From Squalus acanthias (Eukaryota): a stretch of 64,000 bases of DNA. Positions 23,050 through 36,330 of this stretch are shown piece after piece; positions within the stretch are counted from its first letter, which is position 1; the number at the start of each line of letters is the position of its first letter. A program made the position numbers and the translations under genes. The stretch spans positions 176,516,001-176,580,000 of the forward strand of contig CM059425.1 of the NCBI GenBank assembly GCA_030390025.1, read 5' to 3'. The notes under the pieces are model-generated. The model searched no databases. It worked only from the letters and a program-made list of their open reading frames with translations, and was not told where the DNA came from.

Positions 23050-25198
23050 CAGTACAGCTGCTTGAGTCGTCCGGCTCCTTCTACTTGACCTGCTGCTGCT
23101 GGCTGAGGCAGCTGCAGAACCAGCAATGCTGAGAATGAGGTTCCTTCCTTTTAAGAACTGGAAAGAGCCTGTGGCAATGATGACTAGCAATTAGACTGCA
23201 CCTGAAATTGCTTAGCGCTTTGAGTTTAACCCCACTGAGCCAGGTCATTAGCGCTTGATTTCGTGCTCCAGTCCTTTCTTTGAGCGATGACACTGAATTT
23301 TGCCTGCAGCGAGATTCATTAGCGCCTGGCGCTAAATCTCAAACTTTTCCAAAGCTAGCGCTCACTCCTAGGCTGTAATGAATTTCTCCCCCTATAACTT
23401 AATATGTGTTTATAAATGAAAATAATTTACCATAATTAAATTTCCTGTAATTACAGTTTTCATGTATAAAAATAGTTAATTTAAAATCAAGTTTCAACTC
23501 CATGTTCCAGTACAACCCAACAATGAACAAGTACAGCTTTGAACTATGGATTCCAAGAAATAATCAACAGAAGAAATAATTCTTCAAAATTATTCTGCAG
23601 TGGCAAAACTAATGTCATAAATTGTGTTAGATCACATCAATCCATTTATAAATTTAAAAAAGTACACTGACGTGTGATGTACACATTATTAATTAATTTA
23701 GTTGAGGAGGATGCTGTTCTAAAACAGGTTATGAGACTCTTTAGCTGCAAGATGTTTAAAATACTTCCTTTTTAATAGGAATCTCACTTATCACTGAGTT
23801 ACATTGGATACAAACTTCCCTTAATCAAACCCATTTCAGAGTTTACCGGACCGGTATCAGGCCACACGGACATAGGAATACTTCAGATGTGCGGGGCCAG
23901 GGTTCCTCAAAGAGGAGTGTTAGAAATATTAAAAACCATAACTGGATTTGGATTCAGTTTAGCCCACAGCTGAATTAAATCGGGGCATTCTGAAAGAAGG
24001 CAAAATTTAACTCGATGAACAATTACAAACATTTAGAATTTAGACAAATAATAGAAGTAATGGTTTCTTATTAAAATGATCATTTGAAAAGATTTACAGT
24101 CATGACTGTGTAATTCAATTAATATTATAATCTTATGTTCCTTTCTTGATTTCCACTGATAATGTCCTGAGTGGACCATTAGCCTTGTGCTCCACCTGGT
24201 CATTTTGTGGTACAGTTTAAATAGAAGGAAGCAATGAAATTTAATGCATAGGTTTATGATTTTGAGCTTCACAACAGTGAGTTTAATCAGGAACTTAATC
24301 AACTCTCAAAATTCAAAAAAGAATGTGAAAGGTTATTCTTGGGAACTTACTTTAATTCAGCTATCTATTAAATACAAGCAACTGTTAGGAGTCTTAAATG
24401 AAGTGAGTTTGGGTATTGTCAACCCAGTTTCCAATGTTTCAGATTTGTTAGCGGCAAATTTGCTTCCAGAGTCCACAGGGAAAGTATGTGAAAAGTAACT
24501 AATCATATCATAATTGTATAGTGGGGATCTTCTGAATCGAGGTTAAAATGGATTTAGAGCATTAGATGTTAACATGTGGTCTGTGCTAAGAGTGCTTGGT
24601 TCAAAGTGGGAAATGATTGTTTCCTTTTACAGCTGTTCTTCAGCTTGTTCAGCACATTTAGAAAATATTGGTACTCCAAATTTCTTTTATTATGTGTGTA
24701 TATATATCTTATAACAAATTTATCTATTATATAACAAACCATAGTTTAGATGTCCCTAGGATTCCAGCTAAATCATAATACTCTGTTTCGAGGAAATGGG
24801 CATCAAGCTCTGATGGAAACTGTGCTGAACTTTGGCGATAGTCTGAGACTGATCTTCTTCCATCCTATGTCTATTGGTCATGATACTTAGGCTTTTAATG
24901 AATGCCTAAGCTTTGGTTTGACATTTGTAAAGTCTTTTTTATTATTATTTTATTTCATCTGAAGCTATGGCTAATATAATGTAAAGTGCTTACATTTCTC
25001 TCTGCTACCAACTTTTTTCATGTCAAGGAAGCATGCTTCTCATTTACCAGACAGATGAGTGGTTTTGAACTTTTAAAAGTAAGAAATCATTGTTCATGCA
25101 GGTGGTTTGCTCTGGTGAATTTTACTGCATGTTTTTTTTTGAAGATAACATTGAAAGATGAAATAAAACTGACCAACTAAAATGAATGTTGCATTCAG

Positions 25199-25268
25199 GT
25201 TACGAAGTGTAAAAATGGAACAAAGAAAATTAAATGATCAGGCAAATACTTTGGTGGACCTTGCTAAG
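25199..25268 (+). CDS. KCNN2: SK2 channel penultimate exon
   Basis: gcattcag acceptor, gttagt donor; G plus [23 protein letters not shown]; phase fits both neighbours. Confidence 0.97.
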
Positions 25269-27082
25269 GTTAGTAGGATTCATGTGAATTTTCTAAAATT
25301 GCTTCAAATTTTTCACTTTGAAATTCTTTTATATTGATAGGCTACTGTTCTGATCGTTAATTTCTAATATTTTACCTGACCACCACAAAGAGTTATTTCT
25401 GTGATTCTAACATTTTTGTTCTTTAATGTATGCAGATATCATAAAAAGTACTTCTTGTTTATTTATTATCCATATGTACAATGGATAAACCGGGTAATCT
25501 AACTGGGGAGATCGTTGGAATGATTTGTATTTCCCTGTGATTTCCCCCCTCTCACACTCTACGTGTTTCACTCTGTCTTGTCTCGTTCCTTTTTCTCAGT
25601 CGTAGGAATCAGTCCCGCAAACAAATGGGCACAAATCACTACAGATGCTTCAGTAAAGGAAATGCTACCACAAAAATACTTTATTTCAACTGCCTTTTTC
25701 CACAATTGAGGAATATTGCCATACAGTTACTTTGTAGGGCTTCCCTGGAGCAGGTGGAGCTAGCTCAGATGCTGCAGAGATGGGGGAAGGCTACAGGACT
25801 AGTTTCAATTTGTGCTGTTTTGTCCCTAAAATGATGATTATTAAAAAAATCTATTATGGACCTCAGAAAAGAAGAGTTCAAGTTGGTCTCTACTTAAAGC
25901 CATTTAGGCAGTATGTTAAGGTCCTGGCTAGATGGCCATCGATCTAAAGGTGCACGCTTTTACATCTTTGTCAGAGACCAAACAGAAACCACAAGGATGT
26001 CTCTGGTCCCAGGTGATGGATGCATAGCAAAGATACAATGCAAGCTCATGGTCCAGCCTCATGTAGAATTTCATAAAGTCTTAGCACCACACCCATGACT
26101 GAAGGGATTGCACATTTACTTTTACTTAAATAACGGTCTGGTGAGCATACGCTACCAGAAAGAAAGCAGGGATGTTCTCCAATAGTCTCCATTTTCAGAT
26201 AGCTGAGGTTCTAGTAAACATGAAAATGTCACAAAAGGAATCCATCCATGATATTAACTTTATAGGAATCAAGTTGCAGATTCTCCCATTGCTGACCTCT
26301 CTGCCAGAGGAACAGTCCTGTGTGTGGGAGCAGGTTAGCATCAGGCTTCAGGACCGTACTTACCTCAGATTCCTACATTGATGGCAGAAACCATCTTTGT
26401 CATCTCTATTATGAGGCTTTTTGAGACACCGTCGCTTAAACTCTCTCCTACAGGTCAGCTGAGGTAGGAAGATACTGCATCAACAGAAATTCTCAGGGAT
26501 GGAATGGCAGGGAGAGTATTTTCGCAGGTATCAGAACGGAATAGCGATCATAAATAAGGTAACTCTAACTGTTGTGGAAAGTACTTAGGGATATATTTTG
26601 CGTATTAAAATTCCCGGTGTGGAGTTTCACTAGATGGGAGCACATATCAGAAATTTGAGTGTGGGAAGCTGCAGGATTTTTGTGAAGGAGTGCAAATTTG
26701 CAAAATTACTTCAAGGTAATTAGTTTGAAGAACTTTTAAAAATATGACCTTTACAGATCTCATCTGTGGAGTCCTTTATTCATAGATTTCATCAGATCAT
26801 GAGTGAAGCAGATGTGTTGGAGTCACTGGTGTCATTGGAGTTGTTTCTTTAAAGTGTGCCTCTGCTGAGATTTGCTGGAACCTAACAAAAAATCCTGTGG
26901 ATATGATTTTTTTTTTAAGTGATTGGTTACAAAAAAGTACATGGGAGTGTTTGGGATAATACTTGTCACGCCTAATAATTACCTCGACAGGTATTGCCTT
27001 TTTAAACATTCATAAGTCCTCTTAAGGAAACACAGTGATACGTAAATAAATTAGAGTTTAGGGAATTGTTTGTTCCCTCATA

Positions 27083-27948
27083 CATCTTAATGGCGAGAAA
27101 CTGGAAAGTACTGCAGTACAAAGGGATCTGGGGGTCTTGGTGCAAGAAAATCAAAAAGTTAGTATGCAGGTGCAGCAGGTGATCAAGAAAGCCAATGGAA
27201 TGTTGGCTTTTATTGCTAGGGGGATAGAATATAAAAACAGGGAGGTATTGCTGCAGTTGTATAGGGTATTGGTGAGACCGCACCTGGAGTACTGCATACA
27301 GTTTTGGTGTCCATACTTAAGAAAAGACATACTTGCTCTCGAGGCAGTACAAAGAAGGTTCACTCGGTTAATTCCGGGGATGAGGGGGTGGACATACGAG
27401 GAGAGGTTGAGTAGATTGGGACTCTACTCATTGGAGTTCAGAAGAATGAGAGGCGATCTTATTGAAACATATAAGATTGTGAAGGGGCTTGATCGGGTGG
27501 ACGCGGTGAGGATGTTCCCAATGATGGGTGAAACTAGAACTAGGGGACATAATCTTAGAATAAGGGGCTGCTCTTTCAAAACTGAGATAAGGAGAAACTT
27601 TTTCACTCAGAGGGTAGTGGGTCTGTGGAATTTGCTACCCCAGGAAGCTGTGGAAGCTACTTCATTAAATAAATTTAAAACAGAAATAGACCGTTTCCTA
27701 GAAGTAAAGGGAATTAGGGGTTACGGGGAGCGGGCTGGAAATTGGACATGAGTTTGAGTTCAGATCGGTCAAGGCCCTGTGGGTGGCGGAGCGGGCCCAG
27801 GGGCCGAGTGGCCTCGTCCTGCTCCTACTTCTTGTGTTCTTTAGAGTTGAGGTTGGATCAGATCAGCCATGATCTCATTGAATGGCGGAGCAGGCTCGAG
27901 GGGCCGATTGGTCTACTCCTGCTCCTATTTCTTATGTTCTATGTTCTT
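27083..27948 (+). mobile_element. Young 5'-truncated CR1 with doubled 3' tail
   Basis: Open 204-aa ORF2 C-terminus differing at 7 residues from the copy at 58237; CCTCATA on both flanks (possible TSD). Confidence 0.95.
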
Positions 27949-29019
27949 TCATCCTCATATAGGTCAGTCAGTTCTGCTATGGGCAAACAACACCATAATG
28001 GTATAGGCAAACAAGGAAGGACAAGGTTTCTGACCTTCTGTTAGGATACTGAAGCGATAGACACTGTTTCAAAAAGCAGTCATGAATCATTGCTTGGCAG
28101 TAACACAAGTTACAGAGCAAGAGCTTAGTAACAGCCTCTTGACAGGGTTCTGCATCAGGAAATGACACATATTTTGTAAATGGGACTGTTAACAGATATA
28201 TTTTCTGGTATAGCTGAGAAGGCAATTTGACGTTCTTCTGCTGTAAGAGCAAACAAAATAGAGTGGACCCAATCTTTCTAACAGAGAAGGTTCCTGAGTG
28301 TTTTCCAACCAATTTGTGACGTCATTAAAAAGAACGCAGAGTTAATCTTAAAGTCTCTAAATTGGCCATAAAATAAAAGGATTCAGATATCTTCCTCCTG
28401 TGAATTCACAGCTTAATTTACCAAACCGGAAAAGTCTCAAAAAGGAGATGTGGCAATCTGCACTTTCCAATCATCAGCTCCTGATCTGGTTATTGAAAGG
28501 ACTAGAGTGCCCAAGGTCTACTGTTATAAGTGATTCCAAAAGTCCTTACATTCCTGAGTCATATGTCAAAGGTAAACTTTAGTTTGGTCTAGAGTAAAAT
28601 CAGCATATGATGTGTCTCAGATTTACTTTCGATGTCCTTTAAGGAAGACACTGGATTTTCATGCAACAAGGATACCAAACTACTGGATAAGAATAGTAAC
28701 ATTGATTCAGCCTAATAACGGTGGAGTAAATCAGAGCTTGAAAGGAGTATTGACTCCCAATAGAAGGTTTGAGGGATGCCTCATATTGAAATTCATTTCT
28801 TTAAATTGATTCAGTTTTCTCCTTTCTGATTAAGGTGAAGAACTAAAAAGTAACCAGGTTTCACCTTACATTACAGGGAACAGGGAAAATGAACTGACAT
28901 TACCCACTATACAGTACTAAATTATGTTTCTTGTCTGATGATCAAAGAATGTCATTAACAGAACAGGGTTGACCGATTATTAAAGATCCAAACTAAAGTA
29001 TAAGGAAGTTGGGACTTTA

Positions 29020-29176
29020 GGGGTAATTTTGCAATCCCACACTCCCAGCAGGGAGGTGTGCTTCCAGGGAGTGGGGGCTGAAGAATCAGAGCTACAGTGT
29101 TGTAGCTTTATTCCTGACCTGCACTCCCCTGCGAGCATGGTTCCCCATTGGGAACATAGGATTGTGGAATCTCCCC
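29020..29176. mobile_element. 157-bp MITE related to the 3711 element
   Basis: GGGGTAATTTTGCAATCC / GGATTGTGGAATCTCCCC termini, TSD TTA, shared CACACTCC.AGC.GGGAG. Confidence 0.7.
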
Positions 29177-29347
29177 TTATATATAAGTGTAAAGATTTTT
29201 TTAGCCTATTTTTAATCCTTGATTGTATTTCTAAGAGGATGTCAGAATAACTTCTTCCTATGCTTCTGGCAATGCTGCTTAAGATAGCTCATCTCCCTGG
29301 AAATCCTATATGTCCTTTATTTGAATCTGTTCAAAAATGTATTCTAC

Positions 29348-29508
29348 CTGAGTGTTAATGCACTGTCACATGCTGTGCCACACTGTGCTGAGTGTTACTG
29401 CATGGTTGCATGCAGTGCCACTCTGTGTTCATGCGTGTTAATGCGCTGTTACATGCATTGCCCCTCTGTGCTGAGTCTTAAAGCACTGTCACATAACGTG
29501 CCACTCTG
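29348..29508. repeat. Degenerate tandem repeat, about 40 bp x 4
   Basis: CTGAGTGTTAATGCACTGTCACATGCTGTGCCACACTGTG and three diverged copies. Confidence 0.8.
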
Positions 29509-30670
29509 GTGCCATTTTCGTCAACCAACCTATAGCAATTCATCAGAAACATAATTTAATACCTAGTCTAATGTAACAGATTTTCTTTGCATTAGTCACT
29601 GATAAAGGTCCAGCAAATAACTGCATTGTAACATTCCAAAATGTTGACCACAGTGTCTAAGTCTGTTTTTTAGTAACCCTTACTTTTCAGTGCATATCTA
29701 AAAGATACAAAACATGCAATACATAGGTCTCATACTGGGACTTAGACATCACTGTCTTCATAGGCCTTTTTTCCAATTATCTGATGTGCATAATGTACAT
29801 TACATTTGTTTACATGTGATTCTGAAACTTTTTAACATGACCTTTTATGTTTTATTGCTTTTAATTAGCTTGAGTTTGACCATCTTAAATTATGGTGGGT
29901 TGGACAAGAAAAGTAATACATAAATTTTTGATAACTCTTTCAATGTAGCTTTTAAACTTGAACACCGTTTGCAGTTTATATAACTAATTTCAAGCTTACT
30001 TTTAGAATTGGCTTTATTAAAATATTATTTTTATGTAATTACAGCTTTACATAATAAGGTTCATTTTATAATTGTAGGCGCACTGCCCAGGATTTTCCAT
30101 TCATCATGGACAGAAAATCGTGAGGATTGTTCAGCAATTTCTGAATATACACTCCGGGCAGTCAAGGCTCCCGACTGGGAGCTGCATTTCAGAAAGTTGG
30201 CCTATTATATGGAGTTAGGGCACAGATCAACCATGATCTCATTGAATGGTGGAACAGGCTCCAAGTGTTAATTGGCCTACTCCTGTTCCTATTATGTACT
30301 GAGCTTACAGGGCTGATAATGCACTGCAGTGCTACCGTCCTTTAGTTGCTGGGCCCTGTATTACCAGGCACAGAGGCTTAAAGCCTACTCTGCAACAAAT
30401 GTGCTCAGCACACTACATCATGGACAGGATACACCTAGTGCACCAGGAGCCTGTGTACCAACTGTGCGGAAGCCTCGTTAGGGCCAAGAGTTGTATTTAA
30501 ATTTGGTGTGAGCCCATAATGTAACTGCAGAGCACAAGCAGCACTCTAGATGCTAAGCATCTGTTCGCAACAGGTGCTGATGGCCAATGAAGGGGAGCCC
30601 AGATGGAAAAATCTAAATATTTCTTCTGGGTCGGTGGCACTCTTCTTGACAGAGGGCCACCTAACATTTA

Positions 30671-31370
30671 GGGCTGGATTTTGATACTGGGGCGGGTTGG
30701 GGTCGTGTCATCCACTTTTCGTGTTATCCACCCGACTGCAATTGGATGTGGGAGGTTGATGCAATTTTCACCTAATTGGGCAATTGAGTTCCAGCATGTG
30801 GGAACCCATGACCCAATTAGTGTTTTCAGTCTGAAAGTCGCCTCTGATTATGTCATCATTGCTGCTGTATTGAAGGTCTTTAGAGACTGCCTGGCCTTTG
30901 CTGTGAGAGACCTGGATGCAAAATGAGCAGCAGCAGTCCTAAGTCTGCTCCCAGATATTTTTATACCACCACTCCCAGATATGTCTCCTCTCCATCCATC
31001 CATCCACATAGCTATCCATATATGCATCCCCATAGCCAGCCAGCCAGCCTGCCTGCCTGCCTCAACTATCCATATCCAAATGTGCTCCCGCCAGGTTTCA
31101 CATTCGTGGTTCAGAACAGGCGTGCTTCACGTAGAACAAAGGTTAAAATCACAAAGGCCTTTCAAAATGGCATTATAGAGGCAATTTAGTGCTTGTTAAG
31201 GGCCTTAACAGCCTATCCCGCCTCTTAAAGGCGGGACGGAGTCGGGACCAGCAGACACGATTTAATGAAAATTGCATGGAGGCGGACTTGTGCCCGCCCG
31301 CCAGTTTTCGCAATTTTAACCCCCCACACGCCTCCAAACCCGCCTCCACGGGTCAATGAAAATCCAGCCC
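30671..31370. mobile_element. 700-bp non-autonomous Harbinger MITE related to family A
   Basis: Perfect TIR GGGCTGGATTTT / AAAATCCAGCCC, TSD TTA; right arm resembles the reverse complement of 11214-11470. Confidence 0.92.
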
Positions 31371-31444
31371 TTAATGTCCTTTCATTTGCTTGGCCCCCAA
31401 GAGGCCAATTTTCAAAGCGCTATTTGTATCCTAAGGTTTCTTAG

Positions 31445-32995
31445 CCGCGACCGGGAGTTCCGAAGGCTATGTTGCCTGCCCGGTGCCAGGTTATTGATAT
31501 CTCCTCGCGGCTGGAGAAAAATTTGGAGGGGGAGGGGGAGGGGAGGATCCAGTTGCCATGGTCCACGTAGGAATCAACACACAGGTAGAACCAGGAATGA
31601 GATTCTGCTGAGAGAGTTTGAGGAGCTAGGGTTCAAATTAAAATGCAGAACCTCAAAGGTAATAATCTTTGGATTGTTACCTGAGCCACGCGCAAATTGG
31701 CACAGGGATTGGCAGATCAAAGAGTTAAATGGGTGGCTCAAAGAGTGATGTGGGAAGAAGGGGTTTCGATTCATGGGGCACTGGCACCAGTACTGAGGAA
31801 AGAGGGAGCTGTTCCGTTAGGACGGGCTCCACTTAAACTGGGCTGGGACCAGTGTCCCGGTGAATCGAATAACTAGGGCTATAGATAGGGCTTTACACTA
31901 AAAATGGAGGGGAGGGATCAGTTGAGGGGAAATTTAGAATTCAAAAGAGAAAAGTCAAGGCAATAGAGCAGTGTAGCGATTTGGATAAAGATAAGCAGAG
32001 TGTGACAGGAAGGGACAGAGAGTTTAACGGTAATAGGGCATCAGCGAATAAGGTGAAAGCAGGGAATAATGGTAAAAAGTTAAAATTAAAGACTCTTTAT
32101 CTGAATGCACAAAGCATTCGTAACAAGATGACGAATTAGTGGCACAAATAGAGATAAATAGGTTTGACCTAATAGCTATTACAGAGACGTGGGGCTGAAT
32201 TTTAATGGGGAAGGCGGGTTTGGGGCGGGGGCACTCCGAGGTGGTTGGGAAACCCGGGAGAACGGTTTTCCCACAGGCCCTGCCAAATTTAACGGCAGGG
32301 CCTGATTTGAATGGAAAGCCTCTGTTTCCCACCCGCAGCCAGCCAGACTGAGAGGCTGGCTGGCTTCGGGCGGGTAGGCCTGCGTCATTAGGCCGCACAG
32401 AGGAGGGAGGAATCGCATGGGGGTCAGGGGGCAGCAGCAACGGAGGGGGGTGTTGGTGTCTGATGAGGATCGGGGGCTGTGAGGCGGCAGCAGCAGTGGA
32501 GGGGGGTCAGATGATGGCCTGGGGGGGCTCGGAGGCCTCGTGGGAGGGGGTCTCCAATCACAGGGGGTAGGTTAGGTAGGGATCTGGATTCAGGAGGTAA
32601 GTGTAAAGGTGTGCAAAACCCGACCAGCTAAAGTTAAATACAATATGGAGGTTAAAGAAGAGGCTTCAAGCCTCATTATAATATTTAAATAGATGAGCCG
32701 CCTCCTGGCAGCGGATTGGCTGCCTGCCACACATCCCGCCCCGTTAAAACCAGAAGTGGGCAGGTTGGAGGCAGGTTCAGGTCGGGATTCCAATTTTTAA
32801 CACTTTAACTACCCACACACTCCCAACCCACCCATTTTTTTTAGGTTAAAATTCCTCTCGTGGTTGCAAGTTGACCAAGGTTGGGAACTAAATATTCCAG
32901 GGTACTTGACCTTTCGAAAAGACAGGCAGAATAGAAAAGGAGGCGGAGTAGCCCTGTTAATAAAGGATGACGTAAGGACAGTAGTGACAAATGAT
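31445..32995 (+). mobile_element. CR1 5' region (SGNH ORF1 remnant and APE start), interrupted by a MITE
   Basis: CCLPGAR, TSKVIIFGLLPEP, LYLNAQSIRNK, IAITETW/LQVDQGWELNIPGY. Confidence 0.88.
32192..32859. mobile_element. Harbinger-type MITE inserted in the CR1 APE domain
   Basis: GGGCTGAATTTTAA / TTAAAATTCCTCTC termini; GTG duplicated; removing it restores ...ETWLQ... Confidence 0.88.
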
Positions 32996-33836
32996 CTTCG
33001 GCCCCTCGAGCCTGCTCCGCTATTTAATGAGATCATGGCTGATCATCCAAATTCAGTACCCTGTCCCTGCTTTCTCCCCATATCCCTTGATCCCTTTAGC
33101 CTTAAGAAATATATCTAACTCCTTCTTGAATATATTTAATGAATTGGCCTCAACTGCCTTCTGTGGTAGAGAATTCCACAGGTTCACCACTCTCTGGGTG
33201 AAGAAATTCCTCCTCATCTCAGTCCTAAATGGCTTACCCCTTATCCTTAGACTGTGACCCCTGGTTCTGGACTCCCCCGCCATTGGGAACATCCTTCCTG
33301 CATCTAGTCTGTCTAGTCCTGTTAGAATTTTATAAGTTTCAATGAGATCCCCTCTCATTCTTCTAAACTCTAGCGAATACAAGCCCAATCGACCCAATCT
33401 CTCTTCATACGTCATTCCTGCCATCCCAGGTATCAGCCTGGTGAATCTTCGCTGCACTCCCTCCATGGCAAGAACATCCTTCCTCAGATAAGGCGACCAA
33501 AACTGCACACAATACTCAAGGTGTGGTCTCACCAAGGCCCTGTACAACTGCAGCAAGACATCCTTGCTCCTGTACTCGAATCCTCTCGCTATGAAGGCCA
33601 ACATACCATTTGCATTCTTAACCGCCTGCTGCACCTGCATGCTTACCTTCAGCGACTGGTGCGCTTCCCCTTTTCCCAATCTATTGCCGTTCAGATAATA
33701 ATCTGTCTTCCTGTTTTTGCCACCAAAGTATTTATCCACATTATACTGCATCTGCCATGCATCTGCCCAATCACCCAACCTGTCCAAATCATACTGGAGT
33801 TTCTCTGCATCCTCCTTACAGCACACACGCCCACCC
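32996..33836 (-). mobile_element. CR1 3' fragment
   Basis: ORF2 C-terminus ...FFTQRVVNLWNSLP...GYGEKAGTGY plus tail. Confidence 0.92.
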
Positions 33837-34505
33837 AGCATGCAGGTACAGCAAGCAATTAGGAAGGCACATGGCATGTTGACCTTTATTACAAGGGGGT
33901 TGGAGTACAAGAGTAAGGAAGTCTTGCTACAATTGTACAGGGCTTTGGTGCGACCACCCCTGGAGTACTGTGCACAGTTTTGGTCTCCTTATCTGAGGAA
34001 GGATATACTTGCCTTAGAGGTGGTGCAACAAAGGTTCACTAGATTGATCCCTGGGATGAGGGGGCTGTCCTATGAGGAGAGATTGTGTAGAATGGGCCTA
34101 TACTCTCTGGAGTTTAGAAGAATGAGAGGTGATCTCATTGAAACATTTAAGATTCTGAAGGGGATTGACATGGTAGATGCTGAGAGGTTGTTTCCCCTGG
34201 CTGGAGAGTCTAGAACTCGGGGCATAGTCTCAGGATAAGGGTCAGCCATTTAAGACTGAGATGAGGAGGAATTTCTTGACTCAGAGGGTTGTGAATCTTT
34301 GGAATTCTCTGCCCCAGAGGGCTGTGAATGCTGAGTCTTTGAGTATATTCATGGCTGAGATAGATAGATTTTTGGACTCTAGGGGAATCAATGGATATGG
34401 GGATAGTGCAGGAAAGTGGAGTTGGGGTCAATGATCATCCATAATCTTATTGAATGGCGGAGCAGGTTCCAGGGGCCATATGGCCTACTCCTGCTCCTAT
34501 TTCTT
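33837..34505 (+). mobile_element. CR1 3' fragment (different subfamily, opposite orientation)
   Basis: MQVQQAIRKAHGML...LEFRRMRGDLIE; tail GGCCTACTCCTGCTCCTATTTC. Confidence 0.92.
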
Positions 34506-34619
34506 TTTTTTTAAATGGCAGCACTTTAAGGGTAGTCAGCATTCCATCCATAGCTGCTGGTGTCTGATATTTTAGCTCTGACCCCCATGGTGCGCCAACC
34601 TGCTACCCTAGGTGCTGGG

Positions 34620-36208
34620 AAACATAGAAACATAGAAGATAGGAGCAGGAGTAGGCTATTCGGCCCCTCGAGCCTGCTCCGCCATTCGATGAGATCATGG
34701 CTGATCATCCAAACTCAGTACCCTGTACCTGCCTTCTCCCCATATCCCTTGATACCTTTAGCTTTAAGAAATATATCTAACTCATTCTTGAATATATTTA
34801 ACGGCTTGGCCTCAACTACCTTCTGTGGTAGAGAATTCCACAGGTTCACCACTCTCTGGGTGAAGAAATTCTTCCTCATTTCTGTCCTAAATGGCTTCCC
34901 CTTATCCTTAGATTATAACCCCTGGTTCTGGTCTCTCCGACCATCGGGAACATTCTTCCTGCATCTAGTTTGTCCAGACCTGTCAGAATTTTATATGTTT
35001 CGATGAGATCCCCTCTCATTCTTCTATACTCCAGCGAGTATAAGCCCAATCGACCCAATCTCTCCTCATATGTCATTCCTGCCATCCCAGGTATCAGCCT
35101 TGTGAATCTTCGCTGAACTCCTTCCATGGCAAGAACATCCTTCCTCAGATAAGGCGACCAAAACTGCACACAGTACTCAAGGTGTGGTCTCACCATGGCC
35201 CTGTACAACTGCAGCAGGACATCCCTGTTCCTATACTCAAACCCTTTCGATATGAAGGCCAACATACCATTTGCCTTCTTCACCGCCTGCTGCACCTACA
35301 TGCTTACCTTCAGCGACTGGTGTACAAGGACACCCAGGTCTCGTTGCACTTCCCCTTCTCCCAATCTATTGCCATTCAGATAATAGTCTGCCTTTCTGTT
35401 TTTGACACCAAAGTGGATAACCTCGCATTTATCCACGTTATATTGCATCTGCCACCATTCTGCCCACTCACCCAACCTGTCCAAATCATCCTGGAGTTTC
35501 TCGGTATCCTCCTCGCAGCACACGCGCCCACCCAGCTTTGTGTCATCTGCAAACTTGGAGATATTACATTTAGTTCCCTTATCTAGATCATTAATGTATA
35601 TTGTGAATAGCTGGGGTCCAAGGACCGATCCCTGCGGTACCCCACTAGTCACTGCCTGCCACTTGGAAAAAGACCCAATAATTCCTACTCTCTGCTTTCT
35701 GTCTGCCAACCAGTTCTCTATCCACGTCAATACCTTGCCCCCAATCCCATGTGCCTTAACTTTACACGCTAATCTCTTATGCGGGACCTTATCAAAAGCC
35801 TTTTGAAAGTCCAAATACACCACATCTACTGGTTCTCCCTTATCTATTTTCCCAGTTACATCCTCAAAAAATTCCAGTAGATTAGTCAAGCACGATTTAC
35901 CTTTTGTAAATCCATGTTGACTTTGTCCGATCCTGTCACCGTTTTTCAAGTGCTCAGCTATTACATCCTTTATAATGGACTCTAGCATTTTCCCCACTAC
36001 CGATGTCAGGCTTACCGGTCTGTAATTCCCCGCTTTCTCTCTACCACCCTTTTTGAATAGTGGGGTAACATTAGCTACCCTCCAATCCATGGGTACAGTT
36101 CCAGATTCCATTGAATGTTGGAAGATGATCAGCAATGCATCTACTATTTCTAGGGCCACTTCCTTAAGTACCCTAGGATGTAGATTATCAGGCCCTGGGG
36201 ATTTATCG
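34620..36208 (-). mobile_element. CR1 RT and tail
   Basis: 287-aa and 139-aa ORFs with SGVPQGSVLGP, FADDTK; (ACATAGAA) tail. Confidence 0.95.
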
Positions 36209-36214
36209 GCATCA

Positions 36215-36330
36215 CAAAATTATTTACATTATAACAGTGACTACATTTCAAAAAAATACTACTCTGAAGTGCTTTGGGATGTCCTGAGTTAATTGAAAGA
36301 CGCTATATAACTGCAAGTCTTTCTTTCTTT
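36215..36330 (+). mobile_element. Deu-SINE/L2-type 3' tail fragment
   Basis: ACAGTGACTACATTTCAAAA...GACGCTATATAACTGCAAGTCTTTCTTTC resembles the tail of the 5311 SINE. Confidence 0.65.

Larger units (their letters stand above)
19391..23392 (+). mobile_element. Full-length decayed Harbinger/PIF DNA transposon (family B)
   Basis: TIRs GGGGGTCAAATTCA / TGAATTTCTCCCCC, TSD TAT, convergent transposase and Myb/SANT genes. Confidence 0.94.

Noticed and set aside
24619..24720. Possible extra KCNN2 exon after TTCCTTTTACAG
   Set aside because: No convincing donor and no resemblance to SK sequence; such acceptors are common by chance
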